From Bacteroidales bacterium (GTDB lineage: Bacteria > Bacteroidota > Bacteroidia > Bacteroidales > VadinHA17): DNA of 45,477 nt. The notes below the pieces were generated by a model. That model had not been told where the DNA came from. It saw nothing but the letters and a program-made list of their open reading frames with translations, and made no database searches. The first letter of the stretch is position 1, and every line of letters starts with the position of its first letter. Positions 26,458-36,581 of this stretch are shown one piece after another. The stretch is from positions 1-45,477 of the forward strand of contig JAAZBN010000214.1 in assembly GCA_012513795.1 (NCBI GenBank). Reading direction: 5' to 3'. Position numbers and translations under genes: made by a program.

Positions 26458-27585
26458 ATGAAGTACTTCATCATAGCAGGCGAACCATCCGGCGACCTCC
26501 ACGGCTCAAACCTCGTGAAGAACCTCTATAAGGCTGATCCGGATGCGGATATTGCCTGCTGGGGCGGTGAACTGATTAAGAGTGCCGGAGCGCGGCTCCT
26601 TAAGCATTACAATGAGACAGCTTTCATGGGCGTCTGGGAGGTTCTGGTAAATATCCGCCAGGTGCAATCCAATTTCAGGGAGTGCCGTCGCCAGCTGACG
26701 GAGATGAAGCCTGATGTGCTGATACTGATTGATTATCCGGGATTTAACCTGCGGATGGCCCGCTATGCAAAGGAGTCGGGCATACGCGTTTTCTATTACA
26801 TCTCTCCCAAATTCTGGGCATGGCGTGAAGGCAGGGTGAAGAAGATAAAGCAGTTCGTTGACAGGCTTTACATCATCTTTCCTTTTGAGCAGGAGTTTTT
26901 CAGGCGTCATGACTATCATGCCATATACCTTGGCAACCCGCTGGCAGATCATGTTGAGGGATGGCTCAGCAGAGCGCCCGGCCTGCAGGAGATAAGACAT
27001 TCGCTGGACCTCGACAGCCGGCCGGTGGTTGCACTTCTTGCCGGCAGCAGACTGCAGGAGGTGAACAGGATACTGCCCGTCATGGCTGCCATCGCACCCG
27101 CTTTCCCTCACTACCAGTTTGTGGTGGCGGCAATGGATCATCTGCCGGCTGAACTGTACAGGCGATGCACCGAAGGATACCCGGTGAAGATCATCACCGG
27201 CATGACCTACGAGCTGCTGGCCCTCTCCACGGCGGCCCTCGTGACATCAGGCACAGCCACCCTCGAGGCTGCTCTCTTCAACGTGCCACAGGTGGTCTGC
27301 TACTCAACCAGCCCATTGACCTACCACCTGGCAAAATGGTTCATCAGGGTGAGGTTCATCTCGCTGGTCAACCTGATCATGGAGAGGGAGGTGGTAAAGG
27401 AACTTATCCAGGGAGACCTGAACCAGGAGAGACTTCAGAAAGAGCTGACTGACATATTGCCTGAGGGCTCCAGGCATGCACCCGTCCTGAATGATTATGA
27501 TGAGCTTCGTTCTGTTATGGGTGGCAGCGGCGCCTCAGTCAGGGTGGCGAAGGATATGGCAGACAATCTTAATTCAAAAAAGTGA
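26458..27585 (+). CDS. lpxB: Lipid-A-disaccharide synthase
   Basis: IAGEPSGDLHG, IDYPGFN, YYISPKFWAWR, IFPFE, GSRLQE, TSGTATLE. Confidence 0.95.
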   Translation: MKYFIIAGEPSGDLHGSNLVKNLYKADPDADIACWGGELIKSAGARLLKHYNETAFMGVWEVLVNIRQVQSNFRECRRQLTEMKPDVLILIDYPGFNLRMARYAKESGIRVFYYISPKFWAWREGRVKKIKQFVDRLYIIFPFEQEFFRRHDYHAIYLGNPLADHVEGWLSRAPGLQEIRHSLDLDSRPVVALLAGSRLQEVNRILPVMAAIAPAFPHYQFVVAAMDHLPAELYRRCTEGYPVKIITGMTYELLALSTAALVTSGTATLEAALFNVPQVVCYSTSPLTYHLAKWFIRVRFISLVNLIMEREVVKELIQGDLNQERLQKELTDILPEGSRHAPVLNDYDELRSVMGGSGASVRVAKDMADNLNSKK

Positions 27586-27587
27586 AG

Positions 27588-28739
27588 ATGAACAGGAAAA
27601 CTGCACTGATCATCTTGCTTCTGTTAACCTCCCTGGCAGGTTTTTCACAGATATCCATACGTATGTTTGCCCGCACACGCCCTTCCGCCCTCTTCCTGAC
27701 AACTGTCAGCGGAGCCTGCCTGCTTCATGACGAGGCGGAAGGTGAGGTGAGGATAGATGCCGGTGATATTGTGGCTGTCAGCATGCATGACAGCCGGATC
27801 ATCTACAGAACCCTGTCTGGCATCATCGGCGCTGCCGACTCCCTGACCTTTACTCCTGTATCTGCAGGAACGCTGATTAATCTCCGCGCTCCGGGCAGCA
27901 ACGAGCCGGAGAAGACCCTTGAAGGAAAAATCAAGATCAAACCCTTTCCGGGATCACTTCTTATACTTAACATCACCACAGTGGAAAACTGCCTGCCGGG
28001 GGTTGTACGAGCTGAGGCAGGCAAATACGGACCCTCAGACTATTACAAAGCCCAGGCCGTTGTGGCACGTACCTATATTTACAGGAACATTGACAGGCAT
28101 CAGCTTGACGGATATAACATGTGTGATGATACTCACTGCCAGGTCTATCCCGGCGTGGTGACAGACAGCGTCATTGTCAATGCCTGCCGTTACACTGCAG
28201 GGAGGGTTATAACTGATCGTGACAGCCTTCTCATAGAGGCGGCCTTTCATGGTAACTGCGGCGGTGAGACGGCTTCTTCCGCAGAGGTGTGGCTGGCCGG
28301 ATACCCCTACCTGGTGAGGGTGAAAGATCCATGGTGCAGCTACTCGGCATCAGCCAGATGGAGAAAGAGCATCTCACTTGCAGATTGGAACAACTTCCTC
28401 ATGTCAAAAGGAATAACTCCGGGAAGTGAAGGAGCCATCTATGGCCCACAGGAGCCTGACAGGAGAAGGCAGGCTACCCGGAGGGTCCAGGGAAAAACAG
28501 TCACCAGTGAGGAGATGAGGATCCGCTTCGGACTCAGGTCTGCTTTTTTCTCTCTCTCACCTGCCGGTGACAGCATAGCCTTTAACGGAAGAGGCTACGG
28601 TCACGGGGTAGGACTTTGCCAGGACGGCGCAAAGCACATGGCAGAAAAGAAGATGGCTTATGATCAGATCACCGCGTTCTACTATCCGGGGACAATGATT
28701 ATTGATATCAAAAATGCCCGCAAGCCGCCGAGGCCATGA
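27588..28739 (+). CDS. SpoIID/LytB-domain protein (putative lytic transglycosylase)
   Basis: Signal peptide; GVVRAE, KAQAVVARTY, CDDTHCQVY, GRGYGHGVGLCQDGA, FYYPG. Confidence 0.85.
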   Translation: MNRKTALIILLLLTSLAGFSQISIRMFARTRPSALFLTTVSGACLLHDEAEGEVRIDAGDIVAVSMHDSRIIYRTLSGIIGAADSLTFTPVSAGTLINLRAPGSNEPEKTLEGKIKIKPFPGSLLILNITTVENCLPGVVRAEAGKYGPSDYYKAQAVVARTYIYRNIDRHQLDGYNMCDDTHCQVYPGVVTDSVIVNACRYTAGRVITDRDSLLIEAAFHGNCGGETASSAEVWLAGYPYLVRVKDPWCSYSASARWRKSISLADWNNFLMSKGITPGSEGAIYGPQEPDRRRQATRRVQGKTVTSEEMRIRFGLRSAFFSLSPAGDSIAFNGRGYGHGVGLCQDGAKHMAEKKMAYDQITAFYYPGTMIIDIKNARKPPRP

Positions 28740-28749
28740 AAGTTTTGGA

Positions 28750-28757
28750 TATTTTTG
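28750..28757 (+). promoter_or_regulatory. -7 box for the gldFG gene
   Basis: TATTTTTG 16 bp upstream of ATG 28774; supports that start codon. Confidence 0.5.
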
Positions 28758-28773
28758 CACCAAACCCGAAGAT

Positions 28774-31176
28774 ATGTTCACTCTCACCAGAAAGGAGATA
28801 GCAGGTTTTTTCAGCTCACTGACCGGATATGTTGTAATGATAGTATTCCTGCTGGCCAACAGCCTGATCATGTGGATCATGCCGGGCCAGTGGAACCTGC
28901 TTGACAGCGGCTATGCCGGACTGGATACACTCTTTGTCCTTTCTCCATGGCTCTTTCTGTTTCTGGTGCCTGCAGTTACCATGAGGCTGTTCTCCGAGGA
29001 GACGAAAGCCGGAACAATTGAGCTGCTGTGGTCCAGGCCCGTCACTGACGGTGCAGTGATCTATGGCAAATTCCTTGCCTCACTCTTCCTTGTGCTGATG
29101 GCGTTGATTCCGGCAATCATCTTCGTCATTTCCGTATGGATACTGGGAGAGACACCTGGTAACCTTGACAGGGGAGGGACAGCCGGTTCGTTCATCGGAC
29201 TCCTGTTGCTGGCAGCAGTATATTCAGCCATAGGCCTGTTCGCCTCATCACTGACATCAAACCAGGTCATTGCCTTCATCATTGCCGCCGTGCTGTCATT
29301 TATTATGTTCAGGGGCTTTGATTCCCTCTCCCTGCTGCCCGGACTGTCAGCTGCAGGTGAGGAGGTGGCTGCCCTGGGAATAAATGAACATTACAGGTCC
29401 ATTAGCAGAGGTGTGCTCGATATGCGTGACATCGCATACTTCATTTTTGTTACCGTACTCTTCTGTGAAGCAGCAAGGCTAATGCTCCGCCGCAGCAAAT
29501 GGACCAGGGCGGTGGTCATCACCTCTGCCACTGGAGCTGCCTGCATCCTTCTGTCAATGATACATATCCGCGTTGACCTGACTGAAGACAATCGCTTCAC
29601 ACTGTCGGAACCGACTAAAGAGATATTGAAAGGGCTGCAGAGCGATGTCACAGTGAATGTTTACCTTGACGGAGAACTGCCTGTTCCATTCAGGAAACTG
29701 AGGCGAAGCGTTGAACAGTACCTCGATGAGTTTCGCATCACATCAGGAAGGAAGATTAAATATGATTTTGTCAATCCTTCCGGATCACCTGACCGGACTG
29801 AGCGCGACCGTTTCCACACCGATCTGATGAACCGCGGCCTCAATCCGGTCAATGTCATGGCCTCCGACGGCGAAGGAGGGAGAACGCAGAAAAGGATTTT
29901 TCCGTCGCTGACGGTCGCCAGCGGCGAAACGGTTATTCCGGTTAACTTCCTCAGGAACAATCCCACCCTGCCGCCAGAGACCAACCTGCTGCACTCAACG
30001 GAAGGACTCGAGTATGAAATTATACGGGCCATTGCCACTGCAACGGCCGATACGGTCCATACAGTGGCTTTCATTGAGGGTCACGCCGAACTGGATGAAA
30101 TACAGGTTGCCGACCTCACCCTGGAGCTGGCCAAATTCTACAATATTGACAGGGGTGTGATAGGAGGCAGAAGAGGCATAATTGACAGGTACGCTGCTAT
30201 CATTCTTGCTGCCCCAAGGAATGAGATTGATGAAAAGGACAAGTTCATTATTGACCAGTATATAATGAATGGCGGCAGGGTACTGTGGCTTGCCGAGGAG
30301 GTGACGGTTAATCCTGACAGCCTTGCTGCCGGAGCAACGGTAGCACTCTATGAGCCGCTGACCATCAGTGATATGCTCTTCAGATACGGCGCCAGGATCA
30401 ATCCTGTGATAGTACAGGATGCCGACTGTATGCTTATACCCCTGAAAGTGTCCAACCCGGGTGGCGATGCGCAATACGTGCCAACACCATGGGTCTACTA
30501 CCCGCTGTTGAGACCCTCACAGAAACATCCAGTAACAAGGAACCTCAACAGGGTGAAGGCTGAGTTCGCCGGCACCGTTGACACGGTGGGCCGCGATCAG
30601 GGAATCAAGAAAAGCATACTGCTGACCACCTCTCCTGAAGCCCGCACAGTGATGCCCCCAGTGCTCATCTCGCTGGAGGAGGCCGCAGAGATGATGCCCG
30701 ATGAGATGTTCAATGCCGGCCCCCTGCCGGTAGCTGTGCTTCTCGAAGGAACCTTCCGCTCTGCCTTCGCCAACCGGATGGTGGCCAGTATCATGGGAGA
30801 AGAGGGACTGGTGGCGGCCACCGAAAGCAAACCAACAAAGATGATTGTTATTGCTGACGGTGATATCATCAGGAACGAAGTCTCCTGGTCAGGAGGCGCC
30901 CCCGAACCGCTCACCCTGGGACTGGACAGGTACACCATGCAAACCTTCGGAAACAAGGACTTCCTGGTTAACTGCGTCAACTACCTGGTCAATGATAACG
31001 GACTGATTGAAATGCGGTCGAGGGAACTTAAACCTCGATTGCTTGACCAGGCAAGGATAAAGAAGGAGAGAGGACTATGGCAGGCGGTTAACACACTGCT
31101 CCCGGTAATAATCATTATCCTTGCCGGATTGACCTATAACATACTGAGACGCAGGCGCTATCTTTCGGTTAAATAA
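28774..31176 (+). CDS. gldG: Fused GldF (ABC-2 permease) - GldG (ABC auxiliary component)
   Basis: N-terminal KEIAGFFSSLTGY...PAVTMRLFSEE..GTIELL (GldF-like), then RVDLTEDNRFTLS...GHAEL...DQYIMNGG...IADGDII...GNKDFLVN (GldG-like) in one frame. Confidence 0.8.
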   Translation: MFTLTRKEIAGFFSSLTGYVVMIVFLLANSLIMWIMPGQWNLLDSGYAGLDTLFVLSPWLFLFLVPAVTMRLFSEETKAGTIELLWSRPVTDGAVIYGKFLASLFLVLMALIPAIIFVISVWILGETPGNLDRGGTAGSFIGLLLLAAVYSAIGLFASSLTSNQVIAFIIAAVLSFIMFRGFDSLSLLPGLSAAGEEVAALGINEHYRSISRGVLDMRDIAYFIFVTVLFCEAARLMLRRSKWTRAVVITSATGAACILLSMIHIRVDLTEDNRFTLSEPTKEILKGLQSDVTVNVYLDGELPVPFRKLRRSVEQYLDEFRITSGRKIKYDFVNPSGSPDRTERDRFHTDLMNRGLNPVNVMASDGEGGRTQKRIFPSLTVASGETVIPVNFLRNNPTLPPETNLLHSTEGLEYEIIRAIATATADTVHTVAFIEGHAELDEIQVADLTLELAKFYNIDRGVIGGRRGIIDRYAAIILAAPRNEIDEKDKFIIDQYIMNGGRVLWLAEEVTVNPDSLAAGATVALYEPLTISDMLFRYGARINPVIVQDADCMLIPLKVSNPGGDAQYVPTPWVYYPLLRPSQKHPVTRNLNRVKAEFAGTVDTVGRDQGIKKSILLTTSPEARTVMPPVLISLEEAAEMMPDEMFNAGPLPVAVLLEGTFRSAFANRMVASIMGEEGLVAATESKPTKMIVIADGDIIRNEVSWSGGAPEPLTLGLDRYTMQTFGNKDFLVNCVNYLVNDNGLIEMRSRELKPRLLDQARIKKERGLWQAVNTLLPVIIIILAGLTYNILRRRRYLSVK

Positions 31177-31181
31177 ATTTG

Positions 31182-31212
31182 TTTGAGGGAAAGATATTTT
31201 TTTGTAATATTG
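31182..31212 (+). promoter_or_regulatory. Candidate dnaN promoter (-33 TTTG, -7 TAATATTG)
   Basis: TTTG 31182-31185, 19-bp spacer, TAATATTG 31205-31212 (one mismatch). Confidence 0.4.
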
Positions 31213-31291
31213 ATAAACAGGTTCTTAAAGCAGACGATTCTCATAATCAATTAGTTATCGGCATGCCGGGATCAATTTTCGGAAAACTTAA

Positions 31292-32434
31292 ATGAATGAC
31301 AATATGAAATTTGTTGTATCAAGTACAGAACTCCTGGGTCACCTTCAGGCCATAAGCAGGGTAATCAGTTCAAAGAACACCCTTCCAATCCTTGATAATT
31401 TTTTGTTCAATATCAGTGGCAATGATCTGGAGATCACGGCTTCAGACCTGGAGTCGACTCTCATAACACGCATGCACCTTGACAATATTACGGGCAGCGG
31501 GACAGTGGCGTTGCCTGCAAGGATACTGCTTGATACTCTCAAGGAATTTTCCGAGCAGCCTCTCACCTTTGATATCAATCCTGACACGCTGGCTGCAGTC
31601 ATCAACTCGGAGAATGGCCGGTTCAGCATAGTGGGTCAGAACGGCATCGACTTTCCCGTTCTCCCGGTTATAAAGACTGAGAAGCGTTTTGGCTTCACTC
31701 TGCCCGCTGAGGTTCTGCTGGCAGGCATTTCACGCACTCTCTTTGCAACGGCTGATGATGAACTCCGTCCGGTCATGGGTGGAATTCTGGTTGAGGCAGC
31801 AACTACCGGACTGACCTTTGTTGCCTCCGATGCACACAAACTGGTGAGATATCAGAGGGGTGATGCCAAAGCTGATGACAATGCCTCATTTATCCTGCCG
31901 AAGAAGCCTGCTTCTCTTCTTAAAAATATCCTTCCCAAAGAGGAAGGCGTGGTATCGGTGGAGTTTGATGACCGCAACGCCTTTTTTAACCTCTCAGACT
32001 ATAAGGTGGTATGCCGGCTTGTTGAGGGTAACTATCCGAACTACAACTCAGTCATCCCGAAAAATAACCCGAGAAAGGTGCGGATAGACAGACTGGAATT
32101 CTATAATATCCTTCGCAGGGTCTCAGTTTTCTCAAACCAGGCAAGCAACCTGGTGAAGCTCCAGTTCACCCCGAACCAGATTACGGTTTCGGCACAGGAC
32201 GTAGACTTCTCAATATCAGCATATGAGCGCCATAAGTGCCTCTATGAGGGTGACGATATGGAGATAGGATTCAAGTCGGTATTTCTGATCGAGATACTTT
32301 CAAATATAGGATCACAGGACGTTATCATTGAGCTGGCAGACCCGACCCGGGCAGGGCTCTTCCTGCCCGCGGAGTCATCCAATGAGGATGAGGATCTTCT
32401 TATGCTCCTCATGCCCATGATGATCAACGCCTGA
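31292..32434 (+). CDS. dnaN: DNA polymerase III beta clamp
   Basis: MKFVVSS, LPILDNFL, ASDLE, LRPVMGG, ASDAHKL, EGNYPNY, LLMPM; start may be 31304. Confidence 0.97.
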   Translation: MNDNMKFVVSSTELLGHLQAISRVISSKNTLPILDNFLFNISGNDLEITASDLESTLITRMHLDNITGSGTVALPARILLDTLKEFSEQPLTFDINPDTLAAVINSENGRFSIVGQNGIDFPVLPVIKTEKRFGFTLPAEVLLAGISRTLFATADDELRPVMGGILVEAATTGLTFVASDAHKLVRYQRGDAKADDNASFILPKKPASLLKNILPKEEGVVSVEFDDRNAFFNLSDYKVVCRLVEGNYPNYNSVIPKNNPRKVRIDRLEFYNILRRVSVFSNQASNLVKLQFTPNQITVSAQDVDFSISAYERHKCLYEGDDMEIGFKSVFLIEILSNIGSQDVIIELADPTRAGLFLPAESSNEDEDLLMLLMPMMINA

Positions 32435-32447
32435 GAAAAAACCAGAC

Positions 32448-33218
32448 ATGGAACTTAACCTTAAAAAGCCCCTGGTCATCCTTGATCTGGAGACCACAGG
32501 GGTAAATATAGCTACTGACCGTATTGTGGAGTTTTCTGCACTAAAAGTCTCCCCCGGAGGGGGCCAAGAGTGGCTTACACTCAGGATCAATCCGGGCATG
32601 CCCATATCCCCTGAAGCGACACGCGTGCACGGCATCACTGATGCCGATGTGGCCGGTGAACCGCAGTTCAGGGAGGTGGCAAAGAGAGTAGCCTCATTCC
32701 TGGAGGGATGTGATCTTGCCGGGTTCAATTCCATGAAGTTTGACATCCCCATCCTGTGCGAGGAGTTTCTCAGGGTTAATGTCGATTTTAATCCTGCCCG
32801 TCACCGGTATGTTGACGTGCAGGTGATCTTCCACAAGAAGGAGCAGAGAACCCTCAGCGCAGCCTATAAGTTCTACTGTGACAGGGAGCTGGAAAACGCT
32901 CACAGCGCACAGGCTGACACCGCTGCAACCTACGAGATACTCAAGGCACAGCTTGACAGATACCCTGACCTGGAGAACGATATTGAAAAACTGTCAGCAT
33001 ACAGCGCCTTTAACAACAACGCTGACCTGGCCGGAAGAATAATCTTCAATGAGCAGGGACAGGAGGTGTTTAATTTCGGCAAACACAAAGGTAAGCCCGT
33101 GGAGATGGTCTTCAGGGAAGAACCTTCATACTACTCATGGATGATGAACGGCGACTTTCCCCAGAACACCAAACAGGTTATCACCGCTATCAAGCTGCGC
33201 TCATTTGGTAAAGCCTGA
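32448..33218 (+). CDS. DEDDh 3'-5' exonuclease (DnaQ-like)
   Basis: LDLETTG, VHGI, GFNSMKFDIP, HSAQAD, C-terminal FNFGKHKG. Confidence 0.9.
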   Translation: MELNLKKPLVILDLETTGVNIATDRIVEFSALKVSPGGGQEWLTLRINPGMPISPEATRVHGITDADVAGEPQFREVAKRVASFLEGCDLAGFNSMKFDIPILCEEFLRVNVDFNPARHRYVDVQVIFHKKEQRTLSAAYKFYCDRELENAHSAQADTAATYEILKAQLDRYPDLENDIEKLSAYSAFNNNADLAGRIIFNEQGQEVFNFGKHKGKPVEMVFREEPSYYSWMMNGDFPQNTKQVITAIKLRSFGKA

Positions 33219-33309
33219 AAAAGAGACCCTGTGGTGTGGTTTATCTCACCTCGTTGAATGGTTCAGAGGCAGCTTAACTCACACCAGCCGGTTCCAATAA
33301 AACCTGTCT

Positions 33310-33921
33310 ATGAAAATTATCTGTGTTGGCCTGAATTACCGCAACCATGCGGCGGAGATGGGCCGTCCGCTGCCTCCTGAGCCGATGATCTTCCTGAAGC
33401 CCGATTCGGCCCTGCTCAAGAAGAATAAACCCTTCTTTATCCCCGATTTTTCCACCAACATGCAGTACGAGGCCGAGATTGTTCTGCGTATCTCAAAGCT
33501 TGGCAAAGGTATTGCAGCCAGGTATGCCAAACGGTATTATGATGCACTGACGGTTGGGATTGACTTCACCGCGCGTGACCTGCAGCACCGGTTCTCACAG
33601 GCAGGTCATCCCTGGGAGCTCTCCAAGACGTTTGACGGATCGGCGCCAATAGGATCCTTTGTTCCGGCAGACCTTTTCGCGAATCATTCAGATATCAGCT
33701 TCTCACTTGAGGTTAACGGTGAGACGAGGCAGGTGGGGAACACTTCGGATCTGATCTTCAGTTTTGCTGATATCATTGAATATGTCTCAAGATTCTATAC
33801 CCTCAAAACCGGCGATCTCATCTTCACAGGTACACCGTCAGGTGTGGGTCCCGTGAAGAGGGGAGACAACCTTGTTGCCCGGCTGGCAGGGGAGACTGTG
33901 CTCGACTTCTACGTCAGATAG
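33310..33921 (+). CDS. Fumarylacetoacetate hydrolase family protein
   Basis: ICVGLNYRNH, FLKPDSA, YEAE, DFTARDLQ, SKTFD, GDLIFTGTPSGVG. Confidence 0.92.
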   Translation: MKIICVGLNYRNHAAEMGRPLPPEPMIFLKPDSALLKKNKPFFIPDFSTNMQYEAEIVLRISKLGKGIAARYAKRYYDALTVGIDFTARDLQHRFSQAGHPWELSKTFDGSAPIGSFVPADLFANHSDISFSLEVNGETRQVGNTSDLIFSFADIIEYVSRFYTLKTGDLIFTGTPSGVGPVKRGDNLVARLAGETVLDFYVR

Positions 33922-33925
33922 TCAG

Positions 33926-33957
33926 CCTGATCACCCCCCCCTGACAGGGTTATCAGG
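33926..33957. terminator. Hairpin just after the FAA hydrolase stop, between convergent genes
   Basis: CCTGATCACCC...GGGTTATCAGG; no U-tract. Confidence 0.3.
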
Positions 33958-34101
33958 GCAACTGTAATACAGAACCGGCATGTCACTGTGAGAGGTCGTC
34001 TCCCTGAGATCATCGGCAAGCAGGTCAATCAATCCGTGCCCAAACCTTCTGAATTCTTCACTGACATTGACCCGGCTCCGCTTCCTGTCTTCCATGAAAA
34101 T

Positions 34102-35883
34102 CTACCTGACAGTGTTCAACAGGCTCCCGACGTTCATCAGTCTGCCGACAGGGTAGAGCCTGGTCCTCTTCTCCAGCTCAGAGACAGGCGTGTTCTGGTA
34201 TAGCCATTGTAACTGCGCAACCGGGTCAGAGGCTACATCTGCATCTTCCTGTTTAGCCTTTTCAAAAGCTTTACGAAGCTCCGGATTACTGTCAAGCAAC
34301 TCCTTCAGGTGACTCTCAAAGCCCCATACGGAATACCAGTCCTGCCCCTCAAGAAATGAGTCGAAAAAGTTCCATGCAAAGAATCCAGAAGCACTCTGCG
34401 GTTCGAGCATGGTCACAATATACTTTTTCGATTTCTGGTTAACGGGTACCACGTAATCGCCCCTGAAGAAATCAACCTCCTGAGTGACCGTTCTCATTTT
34501 CACGTTGCTGTTGAAATAGTGCCCCTGGGTTGCCCTGCGTGCCGGCTCGTAACTGTCAATATAATATGTCTCCACCACGAGGGTGGTATCATTCTGTAGC
34601 TGCTGCATCTCCACACCATTGACAGTCAAACGCTCAATGACTTCCTCCCATGCGAAGGGAACGATATAGGCTTCCGGTATAGTGACGGTGAGAGAGGGGT
34701 TAAAATAGTTATAGTACCTGATTGTGTCTGAATAAGGCTTATCATGATTGTAGAAGCCTGATCTCCTTCCTGTTATAGGTGTAGTTCTCTCCTCGTACCT
34801 GTAGCCGTGATATTCTGTCAGGTCCCACCGCGTGGAGTCCTGCTCCCAGTCAATGACAAACTCTTTTGCCTCCAGTGTGTGGCGATTGGCTTCGGCGCGA
34901 TGCCGGAGCAGCTCTTTGTTATTCAATGATGCAAATCTTACCAGCTCGGAGATGAACTGGTATGTCCCCTTCACTCGCTCGGGATATGGTTTGTACACAA
35001 GCGTTTCGGTCATGAAACCGAAGGAGTTGAAGAGAGCTGCATAGCCTGTTGAATAGTAAGCATGTTCCTCGAAGCCGGTTATTGCCTTTATCTCGCCTCT
35101 GTCGGTATACTGGACATAGGGTACCATCTCATTGTCATGCTCTTCTTTCATTCTGCCGTAGAGCTCTTTAAGCATCTTCTCCCGGAAGAATTGCTCCATC
35201 TCCGGGTGCATCTTTTCAGGCTGTGTGGCAATGAGTGTCACCGTGAACTGGTGATCAGAGCCGTTTGTGGTATGTGTGTCAAGGAAGAGATCAGGATCAA
35301 GGAAGCGGTATATCTCCGCGAAGGCCCTGGCATCACGCGAATCCTGCTTGACAAAGTCGCGGTTCAGGTCGAGGAACCTTGTGTTTCGCCTTGCGCCCTT
35401 TTCCTCAGGCCCGTTCTGGTTTATGCGCCAATAGCGGCTGCGGGTCAGGGCACCGCCGATATTATACACAGGAATAATGGCCACCGAGCAACTGTGAAGA
35501 TATCTTTTCATTCTGTCTTTGTTGGCCAGCAGGTCAGCCGCAAAGAGGGCGCTGGCGTCAATACCTTCGGGTTCGCCGGGATGAATACCGTTGTTGATGA
35601 GCACTATGGTTTTACCCTGCCTCCGTATCTCTTCCGGATCACTCTCACCGTCTGCTGAGATTATGAAAAGGTGCAGTGGACGGCCTGCATCGGTCATGCC
35701 CATCTCCAGCAGCGTTGCTTCACTATATCTCTCGTCAAGATCACGGTAGAAGGTTATTGCCTCTTCCCAGGTCATGCTCTGGTTCTCGTCATATCTCAGT
35801 TGCGGCTGTTCAGGGTGCTGCTGCCCTGCCAGTCCGGCTGTCAATATAATAAATAACAGGAGGGTGATGAGTTCTCTTTTCAT
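34102..35883 (-). CDS. Secreted M14-family metallopeptidase
   Basis: Signal peptide; NNGIHPGEPEG, DLNRDF, DTHTTNG. Confidence 0.85.
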   Translation of the reverse strand: MKRELITLLLFIILTAGLAGQQHPEQPQLRYDENQSMTWEEAITFYRDLDERYSEATLLEMGMTDAGRPLHLFIISADGESDPEEIRRQGKTIVLINNGIHPGEPEGIDASALFAADLLANKDRMKRYLHSCSVAIIPVYNIGGALTRSRYWRINQNGPEEKGARRNTRFLDLNRDFVKQDSRDARAFAEIYRFLDPDLFLDTHTTNGSDHQFTVTLIATQPEKMHPEMEQFFREKMLKELYGRMKEEHDNEMVPYVQYTDRGEIKAITGFEEHAYYSTGYAALFNSFGFMTETLVYKPYPERVKGTYQFISELVRFASLNNKELLRHRAEANRHTLEAKEFVIDWEQDSTRWDLTEYHGYRYEERTTPITGRRSGFYNHDKPYSDTIRYYNYFNPSLTVTIPEAYIVPFAWEEVIERLTVNGVEMQQLQNDTTLVVETYYIDSYEPARRATQGHYFNSNVKMRTVTQEVDFFRGDYVVPVNQKSKKYIVTMLEPQSASGFFAWNFFDSFLEGQDWYSVWGFESHLKELLDSNPELRKAFEKAKQEDADVASDPVAQLQWLYQNTPVSELEKRTRLYPVGRLMNVGSLLNTVR

Positions 35884-36518
35884 CTGGCTTTATTGTTAAA
35901 ATGGGTGATTACTGTCTCAGCCGCTGACCGCATCTCTTCCACGATGTCAGGGAACATACTGTATGTTGATTCAAGATGCCTGAAGCGTGATCGTACGTTG
36001 GGGATGATCATGCCAGGCATCTCACCGGCCGGAATGCCTCTCATGGAATAGATCTCCTCATACCTGGCAATTCCTGCCTGGCCGAAGGCATCCATGTCAT
36101 CGGCAACGGAGAGGATGGCTGCAAGAGAGGCAGGATTGGAGTGCCCTGAGTACTCCTTGTTATCATGCATCTCTACGGCATTAAGTATCTCGCGGCGGTC
36201 AGACCCTCTGATTCCGACAGTTCGAAGGAAGCCGATGCAGAAATGGCTGCTCTGGGTGCCGTGATCAGGACCGCGATTGACGGTCAGACCGGTATCATGG
36301 AAGAAGGCAGCAATTATGGCCTTCTCTGCCAGACCCGGATCATTAACCATTCCAGCTTCATAAAGCCGCCCGAGAAGGAGGGCAGCGTTTTTCCACACCC
36401 TCTCATGGTGCAGATGATCATGTGAGGGCATATCTGCCCCCGAGAAGATGCGTTGGCATTCATCCCTGAGAAGCTTCCCGTACTTCTGCTCCGCCTGAGT
36501 AATAAAATGATGGGTCAT
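35880..36518 (-). CDS. HD-domain metal-dependent phosphohydrolase
   Basis: SHDHLHHERV, AFFHDTG, ADDMDAFG; ATG 36518 preferred given the -7 box position. Confidence 0.8.
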   Translation of the reverse strand: MTHHFITQAEQKYGKLLRDECQRIFSGADMPSHDHLHHERVWKNAALLLGRLYEAGMVNDPGLAEKAIIAAFFHDTGLTVNRGPDHGTQSSHFCIGFLRTVGIRGSDRREILNAVEMHDNKEYSGHSNPASLAAILSVADDMDAFGQAGIARYEEIYSMRGIPAGEMPGMIIPNVRSRFRHLESTYSMFPDIVEEMRSAAETVITHFNNKAR

Positions 36519-36525
36519 GTCCGAA

Positions 36526-36556
36526 AACAAAAAAGCAAAAGTAGGAACTTTTGCTT
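36526..36556 (-). terminator. Intrinsic terminator of the small HTH gene, containing a -7 box (36536-36543) for the HD gene
   Basis: Minus strand AAGCAAAAGT-TCCT-ACTTTTGCTT-TTTTGTT; TACTTTTG overlaps the loop end and 3' arm. Confidence 0.65.
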
Positions 36557-36581
36557 CTTTGGTTCCATGTGATTGAATGAA

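Noticed and set aside
31177-31291. oriC/DnaA boxes upstream of dnaN
   Set aside because: No TTATCCACA-like cluster and no dnaA; the region is short and explained by a promoter.
33988-34203. 71-aa plus-strand ORF in the FAA/M14 gap
   Set aside because: GTG start, overlaps the M14 3' end antisense, no motif.
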